From contig OZ316894.1 in NCBI GenBank assembly GCA_973895155.1, positions 1,938,457 through 2,002,456 of the forward strand: DNA of 64,000 nt. The letters run 5' to 3'. Every line of letters begins with the position of its first letter. Within the stretch, counting starts at the first letter, position 1. The notes beneath the pieces are model-generated. The model was given only the letters and a program-made list of their open reading frames with translations. It was not told the DNA's origin and made no database searches. The stretch comes from Marsupella aquatica. Taxonomy: Eukaryota > Plantae > Marchantiophyta. Made by a program: the position numbers and the translations under genes. Shown in pieces: positions 1 through 14,942 of this stretch.

Positions 1-3000
1 CTGTGGATGAAGAAAATGCCATTTTGTTCGTACTTTAGGGGTCCGCACTCTTCCCTGGACTAGCAACTGCAAGATCTCATTATCAAAGAACGAATTGAGT
101 ATGCAAGTCTATGAAAATTCTGGTTTTCATGCGTGACTAATGAGCTGTGAAATACTCAGTGAATCATCTATGGCGTCTGCTAGTATTTATTATTTTTCTA
201 AGTAGTTCGTGTATATATGTTGTTTGTTTTTTAGAATTTCCTTTTCATCGTTGGAGTTGCATTGAGCTCGTAACCAATAAGCTTGTTGTATAAGTTTAAC
301 GATGATTGCTTTTCTATGGCAATTTTAAGTAAACAATTAGCTTTGTCGATCTCACTACCTGAACAAAGTGTACATTGGTATTATCTTTCGAGCAGATCGT
401 TTTTCAACCTCAGTGCTCTCCCTTTCTCCTTAATCTCTGAAGACAGATCTTCTAGCAGTCGTCAGAGGGAAGCCCTGCTGACACGTTTATCTTTGGTTGT
501 TCTTGAAGGAGGCTCGTTGTTCTGGGCAATATGTAGATTCGCTGGTGACAAGGAAAGCAGTGGTCGTTCTTGGATTAGCCCGACAAGGACAGTTTAAGCT
601 AGCAGTGCATTAATGGCAACTCCAGCAGATCTACGTCGCGTTGAAGGTGTGGACGTTTAAGAAATGTTTGTTTCACCAGTATCGTCAGAGATTGAGGCTT
701 CATCTGCAACAATGAGGCCCTGCTAACACGATTCATCTACATTCTTCCCCTGAATTGCATAGGCACACATCATAAGGATATCGACGCTATCATTTACTGA
801 AGGACAAAAAAGTCCCGTTTCTCTTAATCTTTAGAAAGCAACAACGCTGTTTCTCATCAAAAAGATTTTGATGTTTATTTCTGGATGAAGGTCGTTATAT
901 TACCTTGTGGTGGTTGAAAATTCTAATTCATGTGCACAGCTCTTGCGAGCAAATAAATTGTTGTCTCGTCTTGATATCGGACTTTACTGATGTACAGATT
1001 AAGTGTTTATACTGCCAGAGGGCAGATTTGTGGGGTTTGTTGCGAAGGCCATCACTTGCAATGTTGAGTAGAATTATCAGCCCCAGAACACCGTCTGGTT
1101 AATGTTAATCACATGCCCTTGGCGTGTGCCTTATCGCTCTGAAAAAGATTTTCAACTTTGTCACTGATGCCAGTGTCTGGAAAAACTATTCCCTGATGCA
1201 TGTCGTACTAGTTCAGCTATAACGTTTCCCTTAGATCCTGTCTGGAAGGCTTGGATTATACTATGGATAATATAAGCAACAAATGAATAAGTAGGCACCA
1301 AATGGAGATCTTCTGCAAGATGAGCCTGAAACTCGGGCATCCACGGCAATTCCTGACCAATTTTGGTGCTTTACAATTCACCGCAAGCAGTTATAGTGCT
1401 CAGAAAAGTTTCTCAACACAAAGTCGAGACTTCCGGCAGAAACAACTCACGGTCCGTATGAAGCATCACTAATACTACTGCACGTTAACACCCTGGGGCG
1501 AAATTTATTGGTTTCTCCACAGTTGTCGAGGTTAAGATATAGGATGTGGAACCCGTTGTAGGTCTGATAAAAATGAGGCAGATCTAGCAATTCCAAGAAC
1601 CATACGCCTCCAGCTGTTGCGGTACCATTTTTTTTGTGTCTGGACAGTAGTTCTCTTTTCCGCATCAGAATTAGGTGTAGAACTGAGTCATTCGCCAACT
1701 TAGTTATTCCGAAATCCCAAACCCGCACCAATTACATATGGAGGAAGCAACACTGGGCAGATTTCTAGGAGATAACTACTTTGCAATTCACGTGTTTTGG
1801 CCTCACTTAGCTCGTTTAATGTGAAGGTAGGTTCAGGGCGAGTCTGTCTTCGGATGCTACCCTTTGCTTGTCATTTGTAGCAGATCGTCTCTTCTTCAAG
1901 GTCTTCACAATTGGAAGAAGCGTGGTTCGCATTGTAACAACCCGCGCGTCTCTGTATTAAAGCCAGTGAGAGGATGTCTTGAACTCAACACTTCAGGCTC
2001 CTTGTATAACGCAGAGAGAGGCTGCAGTTTGGGGTTTATGTTCATTCTAATGCATGTGTACGAGCTGAATTGTGGTAATGCTCAACCATACTAGCTTAGG
2101 ATCGCATGAATTGCAAAGTTATCTCTTCTGCTTTGATCACTTTGACCCGCGTGGGTGAGGGGTCAGACTAGTTTTCTGTGCCAGTATTTCCTTCGAACTA
2201 TTGTACAATTCAATCATCAGTATTTGTCCATCGATGGGGTTCGAAGTAGGGGAACACCAGCCTTGTCCTAATTGAGCCTGCACCAAAGCACAACAGAAAA
2301 GGTGGAGTTATAGATATGTGTGGGTCACAAAGGATTGGTCATAGCGGAGGTAAAACTGCATTTAAGCCTCAAAGCTGGATAGTTTGTAGGAACGGGGGCC
2401 TAAATTGCAGCTCTCGACAGGTGATTGTCATTGTTGTTTGCCAGGGAATCAGAATCCTGCAGTTCAATTGCGTCTAAGGAATGCTACTAATTGATGAAGA
2501 AAGAGACCCATTGTGAAGTCTTCTACCTCTCATGTGAACGAGAATTTGGTCAATTAATCTACACATGGGCTGAGAAATCATGTTTATTCTCTACCCATGT
2601 TCGGTTGATTATTGTAGCTTCTGAACTTTGCCTTGAATATATTCTTTCAGTATCTGGTTTGACTTCAACTTGGAACTAAAACAAACCAATATCTTGATGT
2701 AACGTATGTACCCATAAAGAACTGCACGACGGTGACTACAGTGCGGTCATCAGCTTGCTCTTGTGTGCAAAAACTTTTACTGATATCTCAGACGGATGCT
2801 GTTGTCATTCTCACACCAAAGGTAGGTTTTAGATCTGCCTTAGTCACCGTGACCATTTAAAGATCCAGGAGTAAGGTACAGCAATATTGGCCACGTGGTT
2901 GCTGTAGGTCTGGGAACCCTATGACTTGCAAAGTCAATGAGATGATTGAGTTCTGAAAACAAATTTTCGCCTAGAAACCACACGCGAATCTGGTCATGAC

Positions 3001-4351
3001 ACTAAATTTCGCATCAGATTTCACATCAGCATGACCTCACACCCCAAACAATTCCCAACAAATCATCATGTCTTGGATACTATGGAATGCAACCTCCGAA
3101 TAGGTAACGCTGGTGACGCGGAAAGAAAAACTATTGAGCTTCTTTCCCACATCCTTGATGGCGATTTCAAAAGGCCGGCAAAGTTAATAAATCACCATAT
3201 TTCAAAGACATTGGGACTGCCAATTCCGACATCCTACTCTAAAAACTACTCAAATTGGTGGAGATGCTCCTTCTGCTGCTCCGGTAATCAATGCCAAGAC
3301 GCTACTAAGTTACAAGAACTTCACAGGAAATCCATTGTTCAACGAAACACCTGCCGTGTTGTGTTGTGGTGCTATTTATTTCGTGCCGTGCCGTGCCGTG
3401 CTGCGAGGCGAATCAAACGAGCCAGAGGAAACCGGCGCCGTACGAGAGAGGCATAGTTAGAGGCACAGAAGCTCACGGCATTGCTCGGGCATCCTCAACT
3501 TCACTGGGCGCCCACATGGAAATTAGTCCTGACCGTTCATTTCATGAAATCAATGGTCAAGATATGAGAGTCTTGGAATATGCTCCTTTTGTGGGTCAAA
3601 CAATAAATTCTCAGTTTCACTTGGGTAGAGTGTGGGTGGGCCACGAATGACTATCCGTCCTGTCGCATTGTAAACACATCAGCAGCGCTGTCAAACGAAT
3701 CTGGGAGGGCCTATAGCGTTGCTGCATTGTCGGCACTCAAGCAAGCAATCAAGGAGACAAGCAAGCTGCAATGTGAACGTGATGATGCTGGTTTCCGCTG
3801 AGTTGAGTGAGTCACTGTCTTACTGGATACTTGCATGATTTCGTTCGACTACCTACACTCTGCTCTGATCTGTATCTGCTCGAGGGAGAAATGATGGTTG
3901 CTAGCTAAGGGATAGAGAAAATACTTGCTTCCATCACAGCAGTTTGATAGAAAGGAAAGCTCCAATCGGCTGCCCTGGAGTGTGAGAGATAGAGAGAGAC
4001 GGTCCGGACTGGCGATGCAGCGAACCAGAGAGGGAGGGAGAGGTACTAGACACTGAAGACTCTCCAGCATCCCCAAATGTCCTCAAATGTGGTTGGAGTG
4101 GCTCATATCTTCTGACTGGGGCGTTTTGTTGTGAAGGATGTCGAACAGTTGTAGCTGAGGTTTCAGATCAGTCACGTGTGAAACACACACAGGGCGCTTG
4201 CATTTGTTCGTTATCCGGTCATTCATCCGTCCCTCAATCCCGTGGTTGGGGCTGCGGAGGCTTAATCTTGCTCGCCTCAACTCAGCTGCGGCGCAATACC
4301 CAACGAATTAAAGGGCATTGGTGTCAGCAAATGTGAGAATTGAAATTCGCA

Positions 4352-7214
4352 ATGGCCTTTTCTCTCTACTCTGCGATTTGTGCTCTTTCGACAATCCACG
4401 AGGCTGCAGCACAGCAGGTGGGTACTGTCAAGAATGAAGTCAATTTGTCTCTTTGTGTTTTGGGGTCATTGACTGTGGGCACCACTGTGCAGCAGCAACG
4501 AAGCAGTAGCGAGCCAATAGCCAACCAAGCACTGCGTTGTTGGTCTTTCATTTGTCAAAATTCAATTTCCAGGAACAGATGGATAGCGAGATAGCTGTCG
4601 AAGAACTGTCATTTTCTTCCGTGATTCTCATTCATCCTTTTCGCTTCTCGATTGGGGAAAAGTCAGAGCTAATGTCTGAGTTTGCTATGTATATTCACAA
4701 GCCCGGAAAGTGAGAACAATTGCATATCCTTTGTCTATATGAAGTTCAAAGCACACCGGAGCATTGAATGAATAGCATTTTAAGGTCAGTCCTCGTATTG
4801 GCAACACAATCTTTTAGGGCATTTTCTGAATTTTATTTTGTTTTCTTCAGGGTCATGATGGCGTTCGAGCAAGGACCAGGGCTCAATTTCAGCTCTATTC
4901 ATTGACGTCGTGCACTTCTTCTTCAAGATCAACTAGATGTATCCTCTCCATTTCGAACTCAAGACCCTGGGCAAACATTTCGGAGCACAATTCTCACGGA
5001 AAGCTGACCTGCAGTGGGACATTCTCGAATTCTGGTACTCAGCTGCTTCGAGGAGCAGCTTGCTCTCGGTCCCCCAAGCCAATCAGAGGCGTCACTTCGG
5101 CTTCATGTAAGTTAGTCCCTCTTCACCGGCATGCTACCGATTCCAAGGTTCTGTTGCCTTACTACCAGTTCAGACATGTATGTCTTCGTTCGTTATTCCA
5201 CTGCATTCCGCCATCTTCCGGGGTTCGTAGGTCGCAAATATCAACTATGTCACTCTTACAAGGAAATGATCTCGGATACTGAACAGGGAGGTTGCCTTGC
5301 TTTGATGGTGGCAGTGGCAGGACCAAGTTCCGTGGCAATAGCGGCTAATATGTTTCAACTAGCCACTGCATTCGTTGTACCTTTCTACACCGTCATGATT
5401 CTTGCGCCGCACTGGGAGGGGGTAATTGTCTCCTTGCCATCTAATGAAAAGATGAAGGTGGTCTTTATCTACATTGAGGGGGAGATCATATTCTCTCTGC
5501 CTTTTGGTTGTTCTATGTTAACTGCAGACATCATTGGCCCTGGGGATTATTCTTTTGGGAAATATTTTGAGTATTGCTCCACGGGAAAAGATGACAGTTG
5601 AAATTGGTTACATTCTGGGAGGATGGCTTGTCAATTAGGGCAATGATTCTGCCTGAATTGTGTGACTTTTCCGAATTTCCGCTGCTCTCATCCTCGAAAC
5701 AGAGTTCTGGCCGCACATGATTCCTCATTCAATAACTGAGCCTTCTCTACTGTCATAGGGAACTCCAGAAGCTGGCATGTCGGATCGCAAAGAGGTCAGG
5801 GGGGTAGTAATTCGTTCATTCAAAAAGTACTCGAGAATCTTCATTTGCGCTGTCCGTTAATTTGTCTCCTGTTATGTCAGACCAAGAAGATGATGGAGAG
5901 TGAACTGACATATTTCATCCTGGGAGTGGGATACCTCTATTTGCTCTGTCAATCTTGGACTCCAGAGACACTGGGTCTCATGTTCTCTAGCAAATATTGG
6001 CTTCCAGAGGTATGTTATCAACATGGCACTCTTTATATCAGATCTGTTTGTACCGTCTGCTTCTCTTTGCTGTAATATTTTGTGTATCCTCTGCTAGGAT
6101 GGAAAATTGTCGTTTTAGTCACGGCTGTCTTGCATGAGCTATTTTTGGGGTTCAGGCCGTTTGTGAGGAGAAATGAATATAATTAAACTCTCACCAAGTA
6201 ATACCAGAGACGGCCGAGATAGAAAATCTGAAGTTTTCTCTCAACTAGTGTAGAGAGATATGGCCTTCAGCCACCCAGGGGCACTTCAAGAGGCTCAGCG
6301 TTAATGTCATTGCCAACATTACTGGGTTAAATACCTGTTACGTCAGCAACATCGACTGTCTGGCCCTCATATGATGAATTGGCGTGAACATTGAACTGAC
6401 CGTCAAGGTTGTGGCAGCTATCTGGGATCACTCGCATGTTTAGCAGCACCGTTACTGTTGCATCTGCATGGCTGCATTTACTGGCAACTGATCTATTTGC
6501 CGGGAGGTATGCGGCTGATTACCCTTTACCACAGTTGCTGTTGTCGTCGTTCTTTTTTGGTTAGGATCATATTTGTTCCAAGAGATACTTCAGTGGTTTT
6601 TGCGTTTGGAAGCATTCGTTTCGGTAAGGATGGGAAACTAAAGGCTGGACGGTCTAGTTGATTACTTCCAGCAATTTTACGTGTTGTGGCGTACTTCAGA
6701 CAAATATTTCTAGACGGAGTAAAGCACAATGTGGAGACACGCCATTCTTTGGTCCTTTGCCTTATGATGTGCCCCATTGGTATTTTCTCTCATTTGATCA
6801 CGAAGGTATATAATTGATGACGTTTGGACCTCTCATCTTTGCATTGAGATCATTCTCTCATCTTTGCATGTATATCATTCTAGATTACATTTCTGAATCT
6901 GAAGTCTTGCATAGAACACCAGACGACTGAACTGTATGATAGATGTGTGTCATTGGCGTGCTCTCGGACCAGAAGTAGTAAAATGTTCTTGGTATGGACT
7001 GTTCCACGATTTTGATGTGGAAAATCTATAATCCAGACTGGTGGGACAAATCTCTATTAAGCTCATTGTTAAGGTACCGTTCCTGTATCCGAAAGACAAT
7101 CACTGACAAATTGTTAAAATGAAAATCTTGCAGTCCATTATTCTATTCTCACGGAGGGCAGGGACGCCGGCGAATCTGGAGATCAGGAATGATTTTCCAC
7201 CATACAGGACATAA
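4352..7214 (+). CDS. ABA4: ABA DEFICIENT 4-like (DUF4281) plastid membrane protein, 7 exons: 4352-4417, 4851-5106, 5315-5421, 5881-6009, 6418-6506, 6700-6805, 7134-7214
   Basis: GT-AG introns join in frame. The protein has a Ser/Arg-rich transit-peptide-like N-terminus, then [36 protein letters not shown] and [21 protein letters not shown], which I recognise as ABA4-family motifs. The exon 3 acceptor was chosen by phase. Confidence 0.85.
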
Positions 7215-8458
7215 TTCAGATGCATGTTTTGCCCTTTGCGAAAAAACGCATCTGCATGTTATTCTTGTCAACCACTTCTTGTAATGATTTCAAAATGTGA
7301 ACATGGAGCTGTAGGTTGTTCCTTGTAAGGTTACAATCACGCCAGTGATTTCTTTACCCGATGAAATGGTAGTAGTGGGCATGCAAAGGTAAGGTCCATT
7401 CTTAAACTGGATCTTCTAATTGTATTTCGCCGCATTAAGCAATTCATTGGCTTTGCCACTGGATTAGCAACGTTAGGAGGCACATGACTGTTGAAGCTGA
7501 AACGTGTGTTGGCTCTTTCTGTGAGCACATTGCAGAGTAATCAGACTTCTTCTTAGGCTTGCCCGTTCTCACTAAGGGGTATTCTCTGCTGTAACTGTAA
7601 GGATATATTAGAGAACATAGTGGTCTAAATTGAGCAAATGGTCCGAGTAAAATTTGGTAGTCCATCGAAGGATCCAAAGACGACGAGTAATGTTTGAGGC
7701 GAAAGAATCTGCAGTGTTCACATTGGGATTTGATCTACATTCAAAGATACTTGATGGATAGTTGATTTGAACATGCAACAGGTTGTTAGCGTAGTTTGCT
7801 ACCCACTATGGCAGTGTATGAAGGAGAATTGCATGGGATGACATAGGTTTAGATGTCTGGTGAAGATTAGATTGTAGGATAAGTAGTCTTCACTTGTGGT
7901 ATTAAATTTGACACTGTAGCTCGACCTGGAAAGCAATGCAGAGTAGGTAATATTGCTTCTCGTGCAGCGTGTGGAAAAACGGAAGGTCCACATTTTGTAT
8001 GAAGACTTCCAACAATAAAAACACGGAAGGTCTCTGTTATATTTTCACGAGTGTCTAAAGTATTCAAGAAAGTGATGTTCATGACTCAGGGAGATCATCA
8101 GAAAACAGCAATGAAAAGCTGTAGGTGATTCGCGTGCTATCACTTTTATATCTATGACTATGACTATGACCTTGTACTATGACTATGACCTTGTTCTCAA
8201 GCTCTAGACAGTACAGCGACGAATAATTTAGTCCCATTCATTATCCATCACAGTAGGTACTTGCTCAGGAGCCGTCTTCATACGGTTCGTTAGTACTTCG
8301 AAACCAATAGTGACCGTCACAGTCAGTTTCAGGAGCCCAATCAAAAAATCGAAGCTTAGTACCCATATCAGGTCACAATCATCAATTCATCGTCTATCAT
8401 CAGAAGGCCAAGCGCACAATCAGCAGACACTTTGGTGAAGAGGAGGATTACATAAAAT

Positions 8459-8668
8459 AGTACATACAATTTCGGTTCAATTTGAGCATCTTCGGCTGAC
8501 ACTGGCTGTATCCTGTAGATGACCAAATCCACGCTAAACCCATAATAAGCAGACACTTGCGTGAAGAGGAGGACAAGGAGACAGACAAGGAGACAGTACA
8601 TACAATTTCGGTTTAATTTGAGTGTCGTCGGCTGACACTGGCTCTATCCCCATAGATGACCAAATCCA
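8459..8668. repeat. Two-copy local direct duplication (~70-bp core)
   Basis: gtacatacaatttcggtt...gctgacactggct...tagatgaccaaatccac occurs at ~8460 and ~8596. Confidence 0.6.
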
Positions 8669-10796
8669 CCACTTTTTTGTGGGCCTGTCATCGACAAAAG
8701 TAGGCTACATCCTGTAGTTACCTAGACTCCCAGAGTCTTGCAGCATTCAGAGTCCAGGACCGCATTAACTGCAAGAGTCGAGCGAACGCGAATTCAAGGG
8801 CCTCCCTCCATGACTGACACCTATACTTTGAGAGTACTTTCTATGTACCCTGCATTAAATCCAGACCCTTAAATGCTTTTACGCTTAATTCTCCACCGTT
8901 GGATCTTGGCTGACTTCTTCTCGAGTGTCTTGCCATGCCGAATTTTTCTCTTACTCTTCACAGACTTGACTTTAGTGAGGCAAGTGTAAATGGCAATTTA
9001 AGCAAGGCGATAAATAGTAGACCACAGGGGCATGACGCCTGTTGTGACGAGAGACTTGCAAGTTGTCAAGGTAGCCCATCTCGCCTTCTATGCTCTATGC
9101 TCTATGCTCTTTTGCTCAGATAATTAGCATGCTAAAGAAAATGAGAACGAGGGCCTACCCAGTGTCTTCAAAGCTGGATATACCCTGGTTCTCATCAACT
9201 GATTGTCAGTGAATTGAAAAGCAGGGCCTACCCAGTTTTGGAGGAGTACTGCATGGTTTACGTGTGGCAAAGACCAAGGCCCAGTTGTGCAAATATGACG
9301 GACTTTTATGACTTGTACACATCTAAATTAAGGGCATAGTATTGCGTCAACATACTGATTCCTTGTCAAGATGGGCCTCTGCCACCTACTTTGTTCTCAT
9401 CAGATCGGATCGATGACCAAAGACCCACTGTTCTCTCATACTTTCCATTACAGTGTACTGTGACTAAGTGCATGCAGGCTCTTGGGAACTCAAGACACCC
9501 CAAGCCTGCACTTATCCATGTTATGCACTATGTCATAAGTGCACAGGAGTCAGTTATGCACTTCTCCATATATGCATGTTGCACTTTCCAATAAGTGCAT
9601 GGGAAACCACTTATGCACTGCTGCAAGTGTCTTCTCAGCTCATACGCATCGGACTCCTCATACCCGGAATCCTCATACCCGGAATCCTCATACTGCACAA
9701 TTCAACTGGATAAGTGCATGAAACTAGCATGTGTAGTTGTCCACTGCACTTACTATAAATGCTTCTAGCATATGTGTTGCAGTAATTGATCAATGCATGT
9801 GAACTCTTATAGGTGGAAATGCGTCTATGTATTTGTCATTAAGTGATGTAAACCTGCACTTACAAACGGTGCATTTTTTTGGTGCATTTACAAATTAAAG
9901 AAAAATGTCATAATATTAGGGGATTACGGACTAAGTTGACATTGGTGTTCATAAATCCTACTTACAAAAAGATAACTCTATAGAGGATTTGTTTTTTCCC
10001 TTGGTAATAAGTGGGTTTTGTCCAACCAGGGTTTTGTCAATTATCTTGACTGTGTTCATATGGGAGTTTCTAGACTAACTTACCTACATACACTAAAACT
10101 GGCAATAAATCTTTAGCATTCAAGAGCATCAATTTGGGCTACAATATAGTGGCCAATGAGTTCTAAATGGGTGATGACGCATGAGTCATTACCAAGCAGA
10201 GTGTGGGATTCCCCTACAGCAAGCAATGCGTGTTCCTCTTAAAGGACTCCAAAGGCATCCTCAGGAATTATACATACTGGGAATTTCCCCTGTTGCCAGC
10301 AATATCAGGGTTTAATTTTAAACTCAAAAGTGGGAGACTCCTGTTTTCAAAAGTGGGAATGTGTTCAATTCTACCACTTTGCGCATTCTCCTACTTTTTG
10401 TTAAAATGATGGGAGAAACCTCAACAAAATGGGAGTATGTCCCACATAGGAAGGCAGTAGATCTGCTTTATGTCTCACAAGAAACCACTTCCATTTTGGT
10501 TCAGAAATGATAAGTGATTGAGGAAAAAAGGAAAAACAATCCGCGGTATGTGATTGGATGACAGGTTTTCAAATTTTACTTTCCAGGGCAGGCTGGATAG
10601 TGGGCAGGCTAGGGGATGGACAAGGTGGAGGTGGGGGTTTAGTAATCAGTGACTGAGTGCTTCAAGTATTAGGGTTGAAGCACTGATGACTGTACTTAAT
10701 CCTAAACCCATGGCCTGCTGGTTAGAAAATTAACAATGCCTTGGACCAGAAGTTCAAACTCAGCATCAGATATTTGGGAAGCCAAGCCTTGCCTCA

Positions 10797-10970
10797 TCTT
10801 GCGCTGGACCAGTGATTTGCTCGATGGGACCCCAAAATCAAGCGTGTTACTTGATAGGACCCCTGAGCACCGTTGATTGACCTTGAATCAATGCACCCAA
10901 AACTTCAGGGGTCTAATCAAGTAACGCAATTCATTTTGGGGTCCCATCAAGCAAATCCCTCTGTGCAAGA
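10797..10970. repeat. Fold-back (long inverted repeat) element, MITE-like or hairpin-RNA-like
   Basis: The left arm gatttgctcgatgggaccccaaaat...gttacttgataggacccctga (10814-10866) pairs with the right arm tcaggggtctaatcaagtaac...attttggggtcccatcaagcaaatc (to 10957). Weaker pairing extends to tcttgc/gcaaga. Confidence 0.7.
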
Positions 10971-13900
10971 CAGTCTGAAAGAACCCTAAACGCTTAGCAC
11001 GTACCAGTCTTAAAAACCAATGCTCCCCTTCCAATCCCAGACTGCTATGTGGACAGAGTAATTTTGAGGGGTCAGGGAGAAGGTATTCTGAAAGGACCTC
11101 TCTATATTTATCACACGTTCAAAGAAGTCCAAACCAGAGACAGGACCCAAAGGCCACTGTAGAGACCCAATATAGGGGAGAAAACATATGGGAACAACCT
11201 CAAAAAAACCAATTAGCCCAGTAAGCCTAAGCGTCCCCAACTACAAAAGAACGAAAACCCTACTAGGCAGCTTTCTTGTTCTCTGAGACAGTTTTATTAA
11301 AATAATGCATCTACCTTACTATCTTTTTTGGTTTCTCGGTCAGATAGCATTAAATGCACTCCCTTACCATCTTTTTGGTGAGGAGAAACACTAAATGGGA
11401 CTATGGATAGGTATGGTAAAACATGGCTGTCAATTTCTGTCCTTCCATTCTCGTGAAGTCCCCTTACTTCTTGCAACTGCGTCAATTGGTCAGAGAGTGG
11501 CAGATAGTTATGAACTATGGTCACCAATTATGATTTTAGCATGCACCTTACAGTACCTCGGCCTGACTCTGGAGTTCATCTGGAGTTCAGAGTACGTACG
11601 TATCACGAAATCTTACCTTCTGGGCATTCTGGCTCTTTGAGAAATATCTGTTTAACAGCTATGTTGAATGGTTTGCTGTGTATAATTATTATGGTCCGGG
11701 ATGAATTCTGTGACATTGCTGCACTTTGTGAACTATGGCTGATCAAGAGCAAAGCCGATGGACGCCACTGAAAGTACAAGTTGCATAGTCTGGGGAGATG
11801 TCGTTGGGTCTTGGTGGATAGATCCATGCGAGCAGTTTCGTGTAAACTTCCTGTCGATCAGCTTCCCATGCATCTAGCCATGAAAGTCTCGCCCGGAAAT
11901 CATTGTTCCTTCGGTGTAATGAGTAATTGTACAGCTATATAGATCAACTTGCCGGTGGGCCAATTCTGGCTGGGCGGGCAATCAATTTGTGGGTACCATA
12001 TACATGTTTATAGACTATCAAACAATCGAGTCAGACCTACGAATCTAAGATGCTGAAATGCGACAGAGGAATAATATTGGGGAGGGAGAAAAGACGGGCT
12101 CGAAGGTGGCCTGCCCCCTACCTTCCTGGTTGACCGCTATTGACCTGCAGCAACCACAGAAACCAAAGCACCGCAGAGGTGGGGTCTTCCCAGGAAAGTG
12201 ATGCACCTGAACTCACGCAAGCATCTTCCCTGACTCTGGTTATTGTTTTACCACATTACAGTACAGTGCTCTAAGCAATCATAGAGATTCATGAGATGGA
12301 ATTATGCAAAGCATGAATGTCTTCTACTGAGAGGCACGGCGTCAATGTTTTCTGTCCGAACAACGTCTATGATTAGAGTAACCTTAATGATGGAATTACA
12401 ACCTTGGACAATCGTCGTAGATTGTTTTCCTAGTTCAGGAAACCCTCTTAACGAGAGCTATGGTGCTTAGTTTCTGTAAGCGTTACAAATCCAGTTTTAA
12501 ATATTCCAGGGATCCTGCGTACGGCGTTGTCCTGTTCACGAGCTACGTGCAATTGTGTCACTGGAGAGCTGGAAATGACCCTGTCGATAATTGACTTAGT
12601 TCAGAATCCACAAATTGTTCAACAGGCCGGTGACAAGGGGCCCAAAGGAGGAATCTGCAAAAAGGCAAACGGCCATTCAAGCAATAGGGCAGTAAAGTTA
12701 AGAGACAGTGTACCAGAGTAGGCGAGGTACTGCACCCAAGCTGGACCCTGAAAATATTCGTCCGTTTTCTCCCATTCTATATGATGGTTTAATCTCGCAA
12801 CGATTCGCCTAAAGTGTGATTGGTGCACAAACTCACCGAATTGCAATCTTCAACATGGCGATGGCGGACCCAACTGGAGGGACGCCAATCGCTTCTGGCT
12901 CACCCCTTGCTTTCCTTCGTACACTTTTTTCTCAATTCGTTCACCCGTCACTCCACGTTGGCGTGTTCTACCCCGGCTCAGGCTCAATCGTCAAAAAGCA
13001 GCTGAAGTAGATTTCACCTAAGATTGGTGCTTGGTGCTGTTTTTCTAAAAAACCAGTTTGGCTGAGCTACTAGACTTACTTGCTCCAGCCAAATTCGCCC
13101 TTAATCTTACAGCCAGAGAAAATTCTTGAGAGGGTCACAATGCTTACATACTCCATGATTCTAGCTTGGGGTTTGGGGCCCGATGGGAGAGGGAGTTGCT
13201 ACTCCACTACTGTACCTCCCTAATATAAGGGAAACAAATTGGCTGGACGGAGGGAAGGTTATTAATTACAGTAGGGGGAGACGGACTGGGACTCCACATC
13301 CATCTCTTACTTTGCTGGCCAACAGCCACTACAAGTAATCTTTATGTCTCTATCCAGGCTAGAGCTAAAGAATGGTGCCAAAATGGAGAGCTGCGTGGCA
13401 GTGGAGTTTCTAGAATAGGTGGCGTTGGCATCGCTATCCGAGCCGGAAAGTTCCTTTTTTTTAGTATTTGCTTTGCTCTTCTTGTTGAGCAGTCACGATC
13501 GAGAGCGTAAGATTTGGGGAGGTCAAGTAGTCAAGACTCAAAACACCGCGTTGAATTCAAAGGTCCATTCCCACCCAGGGAATTTCGGCACGGATCAAGG
13601 AACTAGTACGTGGCCACAGGTACGACTCCCAGGCCCACATTATGCTCTACTGCCGCCTTCCACCCTTCTTCCGTCCGAAGAAATCGCACTGGTTGCCTGG
13701 AACTCTCGTCTCTGCACGGGTAAATGAAGAAGCAAACTATACTTCCGGAAGCTGATTGCAAATTCCCGCGGCCGGAGCAGTCTTAGAAATGTGATCCTGA
13801 ACTGTACTCTCGTAAACTTCACTCTCTGCAGATTATGATCATGGATTTCTCCAGAATGAGTACGTATAACAGTCCAGAATAACTTCCTCTTCCGATCGTC

Positions 13901-14942
13901 ATCGTCTGGGTGGAGAAAAAGTCTCCGCTTTGTTGGTCTAGCTAGAAATTTGTAGTACGTGCGCTGGATCGGATCTAGACATACCCTGATCTCGGGCTGG
14001 GCCCCAGGTCAATATACAGATGTATGGTTGATCAGTAGCGGTACGAAAAGTAATGTAACACGCGTTATGCCCGACACTACCGACCATCAGGGTCATAAGC
14101 CGGTAGTGGAGACTTGCTCTCCAATCTAGCCGCAGTGGCTTTTCATTCTACATTTCTACTGCATGATTCCTGTACATAATAAAAGGCCATAGACAGTTGA
14201 AGTTTGAGAAGCCATTCGGCAGTTGCGGGTATACGTGTGGAACCACCTTATTCCAGACTTTAATTCTGTGCTCGCAGGATTGCATTGTGGGCGGGGTTCA
14301 CGGACGCTTCAAAACTAAAGCACGTTCAGCTTGCTTCGCGTAGACTAGCTACTGAGACGTCAAAAGTAAACCTAGGGGATTGATCACACATCTGCGAATC
14401 ATCGTCCAATCCTATTTTGTAAGTTTCGTAGTAAGTGGTTGACAACCACTATATGCTTGCTTATAGAAGTTGTAGGTAGAAGCCAGGGTAGAAGTTTCGA
14501 GATCACTTTTCTGTTGTAATGCCTTTTTGATCATGTTAGTGATTTTACTGCTTGTGAGGCAAATTTCAAAATCTAATAACACATCTACATGATGTGTCTG
14601 TAAAAACTGTGGTAGTCACCAGACCGCGTATGGTTCCTGAGCTAGTGTACAGATATCGCTCTAGATCATGCTACAAATTCCATCTGGTGGATTAAGCCTA
14701 GTGCCCTGGCGCGTGTCAGCTCTAGAATAGTGAGCGTGTATCAAGTTTTTTTCTTTAAGCAATCCATGCAAACTCATGCAAGCGATGACCACGTGTCAAG
14801 AGTGCTTATTTGTCTATTTGCGCATAGTCCAGGGTGACAATGACTTATAATAGGACCAAAGTCTTGTTCAATGTCTCTGAAATCAGCTTAGATACTGAAT
14901 TCTCGTGAAAACGCAGATCCGGAGCAGTTGTGGTGCAGAGCT

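Noticed and set aside
39-98. Possible terminal exon of an upstream + strand gene (GSALFPGLATARSHYQRTN*)
   Set aside because: Too short, with no recognisable motif.
3031-4280. Short ORFs upstream of ABA4 (3031-3456, 3366-3650, 3849-4280)
   Set aside because: There is no recognisable domain; this is more likely promoter or UTR sequence.
12619-13010. Overlapping short ORFs with coding-like GC content
   Set aside because: No recognisable protein motif and no supported splice partners.
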